Below the pieces are notes generated by a model. The model searched no databases, was not told the origin of the DNA, and saw only the letters and a program-made list of their open reading frames with translations. A DNA stretch of 64,000 nt from a virus (lineage: Duplodnaviria > Heunggongvirae > Uroviricota > Caudoviricetes): positions 1-64,000 of the IMG/VR virus record IMGVR_UViG_3300033463_000001; one strand, 5' to 3'. Below, in pieces: positions 50,356 to 61,586 of the stretch; within the stretch, counting starts at the first letter, position 1, and each line of letters starts with the position of its first letter. The position numbers and the translations under genes were made by a program.

Positions 50356-51347
50356 AATTAAAAATCGGTTGATATGCCGCCACCGAAAGGCTTTAAGTGA
50401 AATACGCTGCAAAGGTAAGTAAAAAAAATTGGAATATGCAAATTTTTCGAGGAAAAAGTGCAGAAAATCTCAATTTTGCCAACTCTACTTTACAATTACA
50501 CCCCTATATGGTCAAGGAAATCATTGATTTCGTACAATGCCGCACCAAGTGTAGAGTGCGTGTGTATCTCCAGAGCAATCACGAAGTTTGCCTGCTCGTG
50601 GCTCATATCAAATGTTTCTATAAGACGATTATAAGTATCGTCGCGAAATTTTGCTAATTCTAACTCACTCATAGGTTGAAGTTATTGGCGGTTGTGTTTC
50701 TTGCGAGCCTTGCGTGCTTTTGCCCGCTTAAATTCTTCACTCATCGCTGTACGCGAACGCATTTTGTCTGGAGTGTTCACAACGAGTGTCTCACTCTTCT
50801 TCTCACCAACTCGATTGATGAGGTCATTGAAAGCATGTAATAACTGCATATCGTTTACTTTTGTTGGTTCTTAACTTGCTTGGGCTTGATAATTCTGTAT
50901 GCCCACGCATATCCGTTGTCTATCATAAAGCGAGCGTGCTCCAGAGCCTGACGCTTGCTTGGGAATGTCTCCGGTGCATAGACGTGACCCCACTGGTTAT
51001 TGAGGACTATTGTTGTCTCGATTGCTTTTGCCATAGTTATTCCTCCGATTTTAGAAGTGGAACAGGAAACCAATAATCATCACCGGTCATTCGCTCCAAG
51101 TCTGTTTTTGAAACATATCTGTGGTCGCGATAGTTATTACCACCGGTTCTGCACCAATAGAAGATTTCATCACCCTCTTCCGGCATGCGCTTGGAACACT
51201 TAATCCATACGTCACTACATTGACTGAATGCGAAGTCTGCCATGCGCAGAAGTGCGTCCATTAGATTGGTGTTATTATTGTGGCGGAAATCCCATGCGAT
51301 GAGTGCTGCATGTTGCACAAACACGTTGCGTTGTTCTTCTGTCATAA

Positions 51348-51740
51348 TCAGTCCTCCAAAATATAGGTTAAACATTTCTTGATACCTACGAGCAATGCTG
51401 CGTCATGCTCTTTTTGCAATGTGAAACTATCTGCTACAAGGCGGACGTTTCCCTTTTCATCGGTGCGCCAAAGGCCAGGAATATATCCATGCGGCAGTTG
51501 AACCACGTTAATGGAAATATCGTACCCATGTACATCACGTAGCCACTTGTGCGCTACTGCGAGTGTGGGAGCGGAAACCTCATTAGTTGCATTCCAATTC
51601 GACATCAGTAGGCGATTGCAGAGTTCGTCATTACCATTGATACGACAAAAACTATACTGACACTCCCAATTAAAACCAGCCTGCTTTAGCATTTGAGCCA
51701 CTTCAAGGCTTACATACATTTCGTGAAAAATCTCTTTCAT
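51348..51740 (-). CDS. Hypothetical protein, YVS.E.A..LK.AGF.W family
   Basis: Paralog of 22719-23198. Confidence 0.75.
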   Translation of the reverse strand: MKEIFHEMYVSLEVAQMLKQAGFNWECQYSFCRINGNDELCNRLLMSNWNATNEVSAPTLAVAHKWLRDVHGYDISINVVQLPHGYIPGLWRTDEKGNVRLVADSFTLQKEHDAALLVGIKKCLTYILED

Positions 51741-52663
51741 AATCGTGTGTTGGTAAATTCGACTGCAAAGATAAGTAAAATTTTTGAATTATACAAATTT
51801 TTCACGAAAAATCGTGCAAAAAAGTTTATTTTGCAAAGTCCACTTTACAAAACGTACCCATTTGTGTCGTGATATGCGAGTTTCTCACCAGCTGCGATGG
51901 TGCGAGCATAGAGACGTTGGTAGTCCAGAACACACTCAATAGCGGGGATAGAAGCGTCCTTAACACCGGTGAGTAGTAACTTCACAGAGTTCTCTTCATA
52001 GGTGACACCGGTCAGTTCAACGGCACAACCGGCATGCAGGACAATCATCGGCTCAATGGCGAGTTGCTTGATGTTGTTCTTCCGGAGTACCTGAACCAAG
52101 TGCTCTGTATAAATCTGTAACGGACGAAGAGACGCTTGCTCTATCTCGCGTTGGTATGCTTGTTCTTGTTTCGTCATAGTGTTTCTTCAAGTTTTTTAAT
52201 CTCATCTGTCAACTTATTGGCAATGTCACGAATACCGGTGATGCGCCGGTTGGCTGCGGCTAAATCGTACAACTCATCCACGATGGACTTCACCGGCGCG
52301 AACTGCCTATCCCTCTTGGACTTATTATATCGCTTACCATCAGCGTTCCGATAGCACCGGCGCGTTGGGTCTCCAAACTCTTCAAAGTAGAGACATGTTT
52401 GACCCTTGTATGGTATTCTGTTTCTATTGCCCTGCATGTACACCTCCGATGTAATTACGTTCTGTCTTGCGTACGTCACTATACTTGGCTTGTGCTGCTG
52501 TCTGGATAACGCGCGGCTTTTCGCCGGTATCGGCAACGTGCCATTTCTTTGTCTCGTCTGTGACACCATCGTTCATTGCGTCACAAATAATCTGTCCTAA
52601 CAATCCCATATCTGTGAGTGTTTTAGTTATTACTAATATAGGGTTTTACCCCCTCTTTTTCAA

Positions 52664-53110
52664 CTAATAGAGGAAGTAAAACGCACCTGCCGCAATACCT
52701 TTTCCGATATTGGTATAGTTCTCGTCCATGAGTTGCTCTTCGGTGAGTATTTGCTCGGTATCGTCAATCTCGTTAATGACGAAGAATGTGTTGTCCACCG
52801 AGAAGTAGGTCATTACCTTGTCGGAGCGCATGCAACCGCCTACGATAAGGAAGAACTCATGGTTCTCATCATCACCGGATAAGATGTCTTTGAGAAGTTG
52901 AATACTATCCACCTTGAATGGGGTCTTCACTTCCTCAATCTCAAATGACTGAACACACCAGCCGTACTTGTTGGAGAGGTAGTCTGCTCCGTCCATCTGC
53001 ACGTCCTCAATGCGTGCGTTATCATCTACCGGCATGATTGCGCTCTCCGGCAGGTTTGCATTCTCACCATCAGTGTCCCATACGATGTTGACTAATTTGA
53101 AAAGTTTCAT
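52664..53110 (-). CDS. Hypothetical early protein
   Basis: ATG follows the leader hairpin. Confidence 0.75.
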   Translation of the reverse strand: MKLFKLVNIVWDTDGENANLPESAIMPVDDNARIEDVQMDGADYLSNKYGWCVQSFEIEEVKTPFKVDSIQLLKDILSGDDENHEFFLIVGGCMRSDKVMTYFSVDNTFFVINEIDDTEQILTEEQLMDENYTNIGKGIAAGAFYFLY

Positions 53111-53361
53111 AATTAAAAATCGGTTTGCCTATACACCGAAAGGTTTTAGAAAATTACTTAAAACTCATCTTTGCCACACTATCCAGCGCGTTCAGGACGT
53201 TCATGTGGTAGTCGTAGTCTGTGATGTAAAACTTGTGTATTGGAAGTTTGCTTGTGGAAGTCTTGTAAACCTCACACAATACTCGGTCTTCCTCAACGTA
53301 CTTCAACTCGATATACACGACCTTGCGTGTCTTATCGTAAGCGTGTATGCGTGCCATATCC

Positions 53362-53781
53362 TTATTTGTTATTCTCGGATAAACGTGTATAGATGTCAGT
53401 CATAATGCGCTCATACGCAAAGAGGTCAGCGAACGCATGTGGGTGAGCCATAGCACTTTCAAAGATTTCGTCTTTGAGACCCATGAACATTTTCTCGATG
53501 TTATCCACCTCTTGCGGATATTCGAAATTGTTTCCGCCAAGCACATAGCGCGTGCCATTGCACAAGTAGCGGTTATGGAAATCAACTGCGGTAGAGATAC
53601 CATAGCGGTCAACGAGAGCCTTGAAGTCATCTTTGTCGGTGATGTCCAAGACTTGTTCTCCGTCCTGCGCACCTCTATCCAACTCCCAGCGGTTGATGAT
53701 TGCTTTCTTATCTGCACCAAAGAATTGGTTTCCGAAGAAGATACGCTTGAAGTCTTCCATAGTTATTTTTACGTCTTTCAT
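53362..53781 (-). CDS. Hypothetical early protein
   Basis: ATG 53781 follows the leader hairpin. Confidence 0.75.
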   Translation of the reverse strand: MKDVKITMEDFKRIFFGNQFFGADKKAIINRWELDRGAQDGEQVLDITDKDDFKALVDRYGISTAVDFHNRYLCNGTRYVLGGNNFEYPQEVDNIEKMFMGLKDEIFESAMAHPHAFADLFAYERIMTDIYTRLSENNK

Positions 53782-54415
53782 AACACAAATCCATTGCCTA
53801 TACATGGAGAGGTTTTTAGTGGGTTTTCAAATTCGGCTGCAAAGGTAAGTAAAATTTTTGAATTATGCAAATTTTTTGAAAGAAAAATGCAAAATATCTT
53901 CATTTTGTAAACTCTACTTTGCAAAATAGGGGCGTTTATGACCTACACACCTCCAGATTCACCTCATACTGCTCCGGTGATGATGTAGCCCATTGACGGA
54001 CTGCAATCTCTTGTTTCCTTGCGCTGGCTACGTATTTGAACCGGTTTGCGTCCTCTATTTTGTCAACGGCATGGATGTGTCCATGATGGTCGATTGAGAC
54101 GTATTTCTTGGTCTGGTCAGCACCGGTGAGTGACAGAACATACGATAGTGTCTTCATAAGCGTTGTGTGTTTTCTGTTCGCGAACGGAGAACGTTTTATT
54201 GTTATTACCTTATTTTCAGTTAGTCATACAATCTGGATTACATATCCAGACCATCCAATTTCAAATCTGACTACAAAGATAAGTAAAATTTTTGAATTAT
54301 GCAAATCTTTTGGCGGAAAAATTTATTTTGCTAAGTGGACTTTACAAAAAAAGCACCTACTCTCACGAGCCGGTGCAATTAAATTTTATTAAACTTTAAA
54401 TATGTAAAATAACAT

Positions 54416-54922
54416 TTACCGCTGCTCAACGAGCATACGGATTTTTCTTGTGTACGATTTATCGGCAGCGTACGGCAGTTCCTCCAAGAACTTGATGTAG
54501 TCTCCGCCGGTGTACTTATACTGCACTTTGTTCTTATACCCTCGCAGACAATCAACCCAGTTACTGAATGAATAATAGGTCTTATTGTACGAATCATATA
54601 ACCCAAGCATGTTGTTCTTCTGTTTGAACACAGAACTTGTGAAGTTACCACTTTCAAGGCGAGCCTGTGCATAGACAATCTCTGGGTGTTCAATATCCAA
54701 CTGCTTGCAGACATAGTGGAAGTTGTCCTTGTTCAACGCAAGCGTGTCCAAGATTGTGTCGGGGTAAGCCGGCGGCACGATGTAGATTGTTGTCGTGTCT
54801 GTGGTCTGTTGAACCTCCCAAGCCGGTCGGGTGGTCATGGAATAAGCAGAAATAAATGTTACTGCCATTGCTACGAGTAGAATTACCTCTACCACGCGAA
54901 ATGTGAATTTCTCTTTTGCCAT
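54416..54922 (-). CDS. Membrane-anchored GH73 glucosaminidase (peptidoglycan hydrolase)
   Basis: N-terminal TM; AQARLESG, NN.LG, Y..F..W, YA.D..Y..K. Confidence 0.85.
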   Translation of the reverse strand: MAKEKFTFRVVEVILLVAMAVTFISAYSMTTRPAWEVQQTTDTTTIYIVPPAYPDTILDTLALNKDNFHYVCKQLDIEHPEIVYAQARLESGNFTSSVFKQKNNMLGLYDSYNKTYYSFSNWVDCLRGYKNKVQYKYTGGDYIKFLEELPYAADKSYTRKIRMLVEQR

Positions 54923-54929
54923 AGGTGTA

Positions 54930-55574
54930 CTACATTTGAGTTTTACTATATTCGATGAGTAGTTCCTCGACTTCCCTCATCATCACGCTCTCGTCCTCGT
55001 TGTCGTTAACAGAACCGATGAGCAAGTCGTAGCGTTCTACTTTCTCGTTTGATTTAACATATACGTCAAAGTAGCCTCCGTACCCCTCATCGCGATATAC
55101 GATACTAACTTTGCCGTATTGGGTCTCAACGATGTTATCGTCTGTTTCGTTATAGTCCTCAACAGCCTCCTTTGCCTCTTCAGCGGACATGACGTGCAGG
55201 ACGTAGCCGTTATCCTCCATGTGCTTTTTGAGTTTGGCATACTCGTCCGGAGTTGCCTCCCTGCTCTTATCGTAGATGTCAGCGAAGTCGCAGTTGAACT
55301 GACCCTTTGCCAATGTGTAAGCCGGATATTGGTCGTTCTCATCTGGTAGGTAGCCAGAGAAAAGGGCGATAACCTCACCAGAACCGGTGACGCGGAATGC
55401 AACGTCTTCTGCTGCGATGTCAGCCTCAGCGTGCTCACCCAGCATTACCATGCTCTCCAGACCAATTTTCTTAGACTGCTGCATTACCTGCTGGACGGCT
55501 GTGGCTTTGGTGTCTGCCTCAACGATGGTGAGGAATGCCATATCTCTATGGAGTGTAACTTTGTATTTTGCCAT
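54930..55574 (-). CDS. Hypothetical protein
   Basis: 214-aa ORF. Confidence 0.7.
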   Translation of the reverse strand: MAKYKVTLHRDMAFLTIVEADTKATAVQQVMQQSKKIGLESMVMLGEHAEADIAAEDVAFRVTGSGEVIALFSGYLPDENDQYPAYTLAKGQFNCDFADIYDKSREATPDEYAKLKKHMEDNGYVLHVMSAEEAKEAVEDYNETDDNIVETQYGKVSIVYRDEGYGGYFDVYVKSNEKVERYDLLIGSVNDNEDESVMMREVEELLIEYSKTQM

Positions 55575-55592
55575 TGCTATGTTAATTTCTAT

Positions 55593-56225
55593 TTACTTGT
55601 CAACCACGTACAGGTCACGACAGGCGGAATATGCCATGTACAGAAGTGCCCAGTCGAGGTCAGCCTCAATACTTTCAACATAGAATGTGTGCTCGCCATT
55701 TTCACCAACTTTACGCACAATAAATTCTGCGTCATAGATGTTGAAGTGGAAACGCGGTCGCATGCTGCTATTTTCTGGACGTCTCTTGATTTGAGCAAGG
55801 TGATACTCAAAGTCCGTTCCGTTATCCTCAAAGCACTTGCACCATCCGGTGTCTTCTTTTGGGGTGAAGACTTTCATGTGCTTATTGGCGGTGCTTATCT
55901 CACCATACTTATCGCAGACGTACATGATGATGGTGAGCATTGTACCCTCATCGTAGGCACAGATGTTGATTGCCTGCTGCCCCATAGGGTCAACAAAGAC
56001 AACTCCGTTTCCATATACCTCGCGACCATCAATGATGTCCACGTACTTGCGAGCGTCACAGCCACCAAAGAGGTTATATCGCTCTATCTCTTCCTCGACA
56101 CGGCGAGCATGTTCCTCAATGGTCTGCGCCAGCAATTCCGGATTATTGTCTATCACCGCAACAACCTTGAAGTGGTCAGCCTGCGTGTGGGTGTGATAGT
56201 CTATGGCTACAATACACTTTTTCAT
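55593..56225 (-). CDS. Hypothetical protein
   Basis: 210-aa ORF. Confidence 0.7.
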   Translation of the reverse strand: MKKCIVAIDYHTHTQADHFKVVAVIDNNPELLAQTIEEHARRVEEEIERYNLFGGCDARKYVDIIDGREVYGNGVVFVDPMGQQAINICAYDEGTMLTIIMYVCDKYGEISTANKHMKVFTPKEDTGWCKCFEDNGTDFEYHLAQIKRRPENSSMRPRFHFNIYDAEFIVRKVGENGEHTFYVESIEADLDWALLYMAYSACRDLYVVDK

Positions 56226-56529
56226 GCCGATAATTCAGTTGTATCGTCATAACCCTCTACCTGAACGTTCTCTCCGGTGTACGGGTCGAACATTTCGTTT
56301 CCGAGACTTCCTAAAGCCTCGCTCTCTACTGCGAACAAGCCTCTGTCTTTGGAGTAAGCCACTTCAAGGACGAACGGAGTGGTTGAGATAACACGGCGAG
56401 CGTAGTCCTCATCCACGCCACTTAACATAAGGCTTTCAACTGCACGCTTGAATGCAAACGGATGTTTTACCTCATCGAGGAATACCTCTATTATCTCCGC
56501 TGGTTCGTGGAAAATGGTGATGTCTTCGT

Positions 56530-57096
56530 TCATAGCAAACCTCCCTCTTTTAAGCGTTTCTCCAGTACCTCATCGCTATCCGTTTGGATATTGCCGTAGA
56601 TAGTGCCGATGTAATCATCGTAGTTGTCACCAATATACGCGTCAATCGTTCCCGAATTGGTGTCGCAGTCGTACGTTTGCCGCAGCATGATTTCACCATC
56701 GCAGGTATCAAGAATGCGGTGCTCGTCTTTGGTGTCGTGATTGCGCAGGAGCGCAGTCTCTATTGCGTAGCAGTTCTCATCGAACGCAGGGCAATAGTAT
56801 GGGTAGTCGATGTCGGTGTGGTGCTCATAGCATACGTCCTCACCCTGAAAATAGCGGTCGCGAGCAATTTTATAGATGTCTTGGTTGTTGAAGTTACAAA
56901 CCTCACCAGCCACACCTACGTCCTCGCAGTCACGTTCAAGGGCAACGGCAACATTCACGTTGAGTTCATCCCCGGAGAAGTGTACCATGCCGGACTTCTT
57001 ATCACCGATAGAAACGATTTTACCTACCGCTTGTTGGTAGTCTTCGGTAGCGACATATACGCGCTCACCAATGGAAAGATTTCGTGCTGACAACAT
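56530..57096 (-). CDS. Hypothetical early protein
   Basis: ATG 57096 follows the leader hairpin. Confidence 0.75.
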   Translation of the reverse strand: MLSARNLSIGERVYVATEDYQQAVGKIVSIGDKKSGMVHFSGDELNVNVAVALERDCEDVGVAGEVCNFNNQDIYKIARDRYFQGEDVCYEHHTDIDYPYYCPAFDENCYAIETALLRNHDTKDEHRILDTCDGEIMLRQTYDCDTNSGTIDAYIGDNYDDYIGTIYGNIQTDSDEVLEKRLKEGGLL

Positions 57097-57632
57097 AGTC
57101 AAAAATCGGTTGACCTATACCCCGAAAGGTTCTAATTGTTAAAACTGGGTGCAAAGGTAAGTAAAATTTCTGACATTTCCAAATTTTTTGAAAGAAAAAT
57201 GTCAAAAATCTCGTTTTTGTAAACTCTACTTTGCAAAATTGCTCTTTGGGTGGCGCATGATGATGTGCAGGACTTGGTTTTGGTGCTTGCGGCTATGCAG
57301 CATTCGACTGAACTTCACGTAGTCCATGCTGGATAGCGAATACTCTTTGTTGTTGTACACAAGCACAGCCCCTTTGTCGCGATGCGTATGGAAGATGATG
57401 TTGTCCAGCATGTGAACAATCTTACCATCGTTATAGAGCGATACACATACATTCTCAACTTCCGGCTTGCCAACCCCACACTCGCGCAGTTTGGTTAGGA
57501 TTTCCTCTTTGGTAAGCCTGCCGCCATTCCTGACGAAGAACTTCTCGTCGAGTGCGTCTTCCATAGCCAAGAACTGCTGACGAGTGTATTTGACCGGAGT
57601 GGTCGTGTGGTTGTTTCCCATAGCCGTAGAAG

Positions 57633-58139
57633 TTAGAGCGGGTGCGTTGCGAGGTACTTATCCAACACCATGAACTTCTCATCGGAGAACAAGTCCAGCC
57701 GGATTTGGTTAAGCGGATTGTCCTTGCGCAATAGAATGAGGTCTCCAATCCAATGACCACCATCGGTGTTGGTTGCGCAAGTGTGACGTTTCGCGTTGCC
57801 GTTCTCGTCCAGCACTACCAGCCAATTACAACGCTCTATGTGGCTCATTCTGCGCAGTATATTGCGCTGGTCGGAAGAGAACTCAAAGTCCTTATCCGTT
57901 ATGAGCGTGCCGACCGGAGACGCTTCTTGGATAAACCAACCCATTTGGTTTCCGTTGAACGATACTGCTGCGCTCTTCTCGTCCATGTGGAATATGGACT
58001 TGTGCATGAGCGCGTTGTAACGCACTTCCTCTTCCATGATACGTTGAAGTGTCTGCAAGCAGGTTGCGGTCTTAACGTGTTTGATACGTCCGTTGATTGT
58101 AACGACCATTGTGTAGGTCTCTGCGAGAATTGCTCCCAT
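57633..58139 (-). CDS. Hypothetical early protein
   Basis: ATG follows the leader hairpin. Confidence 0.7.
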   Translation of the reverse strand: MGAILAETYTMVVTINGRIKHVKTATCLQTLQRIMEEEVRYNALMHKSIFHMDEKSAAVSFNGNQMGWFIQEASPVGTLITDKDFEFSSDQRNILRRMSHIERCNWLVVLDENGNAKRHTCATNTDGGHWIGDLILLRKDNPLNQIRLDLFSDEKFMVLDKYLATHPL

Positions 58140-58324
58140 TGTGACAAATCGGTTATGCGTCCTACCAACCGAAAAGGGTAAAATTGGTTACTTGCTGCGG
58201 CTTAGGTTCACTCCCAATCCGAAAGCGAGTGCAAAGGTAAGTAAAAATTTTGAATTATGCAAGTTTTTTGAGAAAAAAATGCGAAAAAAGTGCATTTTGC
58301 AAAGTTGACTTAGCAAAACCGGAG

Positions 58325-59092
58325 TTAATCCTCCGGCTCGCTCATGTCATACCACGCCTCGTCCGGCTCAAACAGCCCATTCTCAATTTGAGCAAGGATT
58401 GCCTCTGCGAGGTCTTCGTCCGCTTGGTTGTACACGTAGTCCGCACTCGTAGTGTACTCTTCCTCCTTATATGGCGAGTAGAGACGCATGTACATGCTCG
58501 TTCCATCTCCGAACTCGATTGAACGAACTGCGCAGTCGATATTGTCCTCATCAGGCACGCTGTACGCAACGTACGGCTCTTCGTCCTTTGGGAAATAAAT
58601 TGTGTTCGTGCCGAACGTCTCCTTGAACAAAGAGATTGTGTGCGCGAGCAGTTTCTTTGCCAAGATACCAGCGTTGGTGCGCAGGCGGTTGATACGTACT
58701 ACCTCTGCTTTGAGGTCATCCAGCGAATGAGGGTCAGTAGGAACGTCATCGTCCCAACGGAAGAACTCAACTACGCGCAGTATGCAGAAATCCTCTTTGG
58801 TTGAGTAGAACCCAGCCTTGTCTCCCTCTTCGAAATCGTAGAGTTGAGATACATCAGGAACGTGCGCGAGCAGTTGCAGGAACTCTCCCAAGCCGTTGCA
58901 GTAGAACATTACCTCATCATCGAATGGGTTGTTTTCGTTGCCGTCCGGATTGGAATTGAGAGCAATCACGTCTTCGTAGTAGCGAACTTCGTTGTGGAAA
59001 CGAACCTCGCAGCGTGCGTAGTTGGGCACAATGCCATTGCGTTGAACGAACTCCGTGAACTGATTGAGTACTTGTTTTTCCAATGTAGTCAT
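58325..59092 (-). CDS. Hypothetical acidic early protein
   Basis: ATG 59092 follows the leader hairpin. Confidence 0.75.
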   Translation of the reverse strand: MTTLEKQVLNQFTEFVQRNGIVPNYARCEVRFHNEVRYYEDVIALNSNPDGNENNPFDDEVMFYCNGLGEFLQLLAHVPDVSQLYDFEEGDKAGFYSTKEDFCILRVVEFFRWDDDVPTDPHSLDDLKAEVVRINRLRTNAGILAKKLLAHTISLFKETFGTNTIYFPKDEEPYVAYSVPDEDNIDCAVRSIEFGDGTSMYMRLYSPYKEEEYTTSADYVYNQADEDLAEAILAQIENGLFEPDEAWYDMSEPED

Positions 59093-59443
59093 AGTCAAAA
59101 ATCGGTTGAGTAGCCACCACCGAAAGGCTTTACTTGTGAAACTCGGTACAAAGGTAAGTAAAAATTTTGGAATATGCAAATTTTTTTAAAGAAAAATACT
59201 AAAAAACTTCATTTTGCCAAGTGGACTTTGCAAAATCCACCCAAATCCAGATTGGTTTCTTTCTTTTATATTTTCTTTCTTTGAATAATATATCTTATTC
59301 TATTAAATTTATATTATTATTTTTTTTCTTTTTTATTTATATTTTTTTTCTTTGTGAACCTACTCTGAATGGACCCTGTGTGGTTAAGGACTAACACGTG
59401 TGTGCGTGCGTGTGCGCGCGAGGAAAGAGAAAGAGGGAGAGAG

Positions 59444-60079
59444 TTACTCATCCCCCTTGTCTGTCTTCAAACCAACGAAGTAGTACAGAGCGCAGTCAGC
59501 CTCCAGAACCTCCAGACAGAGGTCGTAGGACATGTCAGCCCAATCCTTGTGGTTTTCCTCTTCAATCATGTAACCAAGCACAATTCCGAAGTAGCGGTCA
59601 TCGTCCAAGAGGCGGTCGAACCAATCATCGTAATTGCTTGATATATAGGACATAAAGCCATCCCTACTCGTCCAATCTTTCCGAATGCGTTCGCGCATGG
59701 TCTGCTCATGGTCTTTCATCCATTGAGACATGACTTCGTACCAACCATCCATAAGGGTAGCCTTTGCGAAGACCTTATCCGTGCTGAAATTGTACATAGC
59801 CGGACTGGATAGGTGGTCAAATTCCAAATTCGAAACTATGTTCTTTGGAATAATTCCAAAGAAAATCTCCACGAACTTCCGGCTCACCGCGTCCTCATAG
59901 TCGCGTACACGAACCTCGATGTCATCGTACTCAACATTCTGTCCGTCATCCTTATAGGACTGAACCGTCTCTTCGATGGTGTCATCAATGTATGACGAAG
60001 ACTCTAAAATGCTTTCGTAAAAGCCTGGGAAAAACAGCACTTCAAAGGTTGCCGCAACCTTAATCTCATCTACTTTCAT
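59444..60079 (-). CDS. Hypothetical acidic protein
   Basis: 211-aa ORF. Confidence 0.7.
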   Translation of the reverse strand: MKVDEIKVAATFEVLFFPGFYESILESSSYIDDTIEETVQSYKDDGQNVEYDDIEVRVRDYEDAVSRKFVEIFFGIIPKNIVSNLEFDHLSSPAMYNFSTDKVFAKATLMDGWYEVMSQWMKDHEQTMRERIRKDWTSRDGFMSYISSNYDDWFDRLLDDDRYFGIVLGYMIEEENHKDWADMSYDLCLEVLEADCALYYFVGLKTDKGDE

Positions 60080-60904
60080 AACAAACGATTATTAGGGGTT
60101 AATCTTGTGCGCGGTAATTTGCGCTATACTCATCATCATATATCCACCAATACGGATAACGCTCTTGCGGTTTCGCCTCCTTGATTGACTTGTAGTCGAT
60201 AGGGAAGAGTGATATTGCCTCCACGAAACCATTCGGTTGGTTGTAACTATCCAAAGGCAACCACCAATAGGTTCGTCTTGTTTCAATCCGGTCAACAACC
60301 TTGCCCTGCGCGGTGAGGATGGTGATGATTTCTTTGTATTCCTCTTCGATGTTGTCGCTATCAAGGGTGAACCCAACAACGTCACCGGAGGTACATATTG
60401 CGATATGTGTCGCGTCCGGCATGGATGTGCCGTAAAGTTCCATCTGTAACATAGCCATTAGATTTGAAAGCCCAGCGCAGCGCGAGCCTTGTCATACAAT
60501 TCAATCAGTCTGTCCTCGCTCAATGTGGAGAGTTCCACCGACCTGATGTCAAGACTATTCTCGTTGCAGACCCACAAGAGAACGCGTCTGTTGCTCGGCT
60601 CGCCAATCAGTTGAAGACCATCTACCCAGCGGTAGCCACATATACCAACTTCAATCTCTGTCAGGCGGAGACTTCCAACCTCTTCGAAAGATAAGTAACC
60701 ATCCGAATTGAGCCTATCGGAATACCAATGTAACAAAGTTACCAATTCACTTCTGTTCATACTATTTTCCCTCCTTAATTAAAACTGGATGCAAAGGTAT
60801 GTAAAATTTTTGAATTATGCAAACTTTTCGATGAAAAAATGTAAAATTTCTTAATTTTGCAAACTCAACTTTACAAAATACCCCTATTTGCTATACCATA
60901 GTAC

Positions 60905-61528
60905 TTAATTTAGTACAACAACCTCCCGCTCATCGCCCAGAAACCTCCGTACGACCGCCGTGCGAATGCTGGCAAGTTCATCTGGTTTCATTGCCGCGTA
61001 GTAACGCATACCAACGATGTTTGCGGATGCCTCCAGAGTGTCGAGGAACTCCTTGTATCGTTTCCGGAAGACCACTTCGTAGTTAGGGAATATCTTGATG
61101 TCGGATAGCAAGTCCTTGATGTCCTCATCATTATAACCACGTGATATGCGCAGGCGCAGTTCGATGTCATCAACCAAGTCCTCCATCTGGTCATCGCTGA
61201 ACTCATAGGCACACATGGGTATCGGCAGTTTGTCGAAGAGACTTCTGGTTATCACCAAACCAGCGTTGGACTTGAACTCTTTATCCCTATTCCGGTACAC
61301 CTTTACCGGCTGGTCATCCTCCTGATTGAAGAGCACCTCCGGACGTGCCGTACGTATGGTATAGACTGCATAGAAACATGCAAGGCTTGCGGACGCGAAG
61401 ACGAAGAGATAATCTGCTCCGGTCTCTGCTCCTGCAAAGAGTGCTCCGGAGACCGAACACATTAAGAGTGTGATTGCGAATAACCAAATTGCCAAACCAA
61501 GTTGAAGAATATTAATGCTATGTTTCAT
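60905..61528 (-). CDS. Hypothetical membrane protein
   Basis: Two N-terminal hydrophobic segments. Confidence 0.7.
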   Translation of the reverse strand: MKHSINILQLGLAIWLFAITLLMCSVSGALFAGAETGADYLFVFASASLACFYAVYTIRTARPEVLFNQEDDQPVKVYRNRDKEFKSNAGLVITRSLFDKLPIPMCAYEFSDDQMEDLVDDIELRLRISRGYNDEDIKDLLSDIKIFPNYEVVFRKRYKEFLDTLEASANIVGMRYYAAMKPDELASIRTAVVRRFLGDEREVVVLN

Positions 61529-61586
61529 TGTTGTTGATGTTTATGGGTTATACATGATGTGGATTGTTGTCTTTCCAATACCCCAC

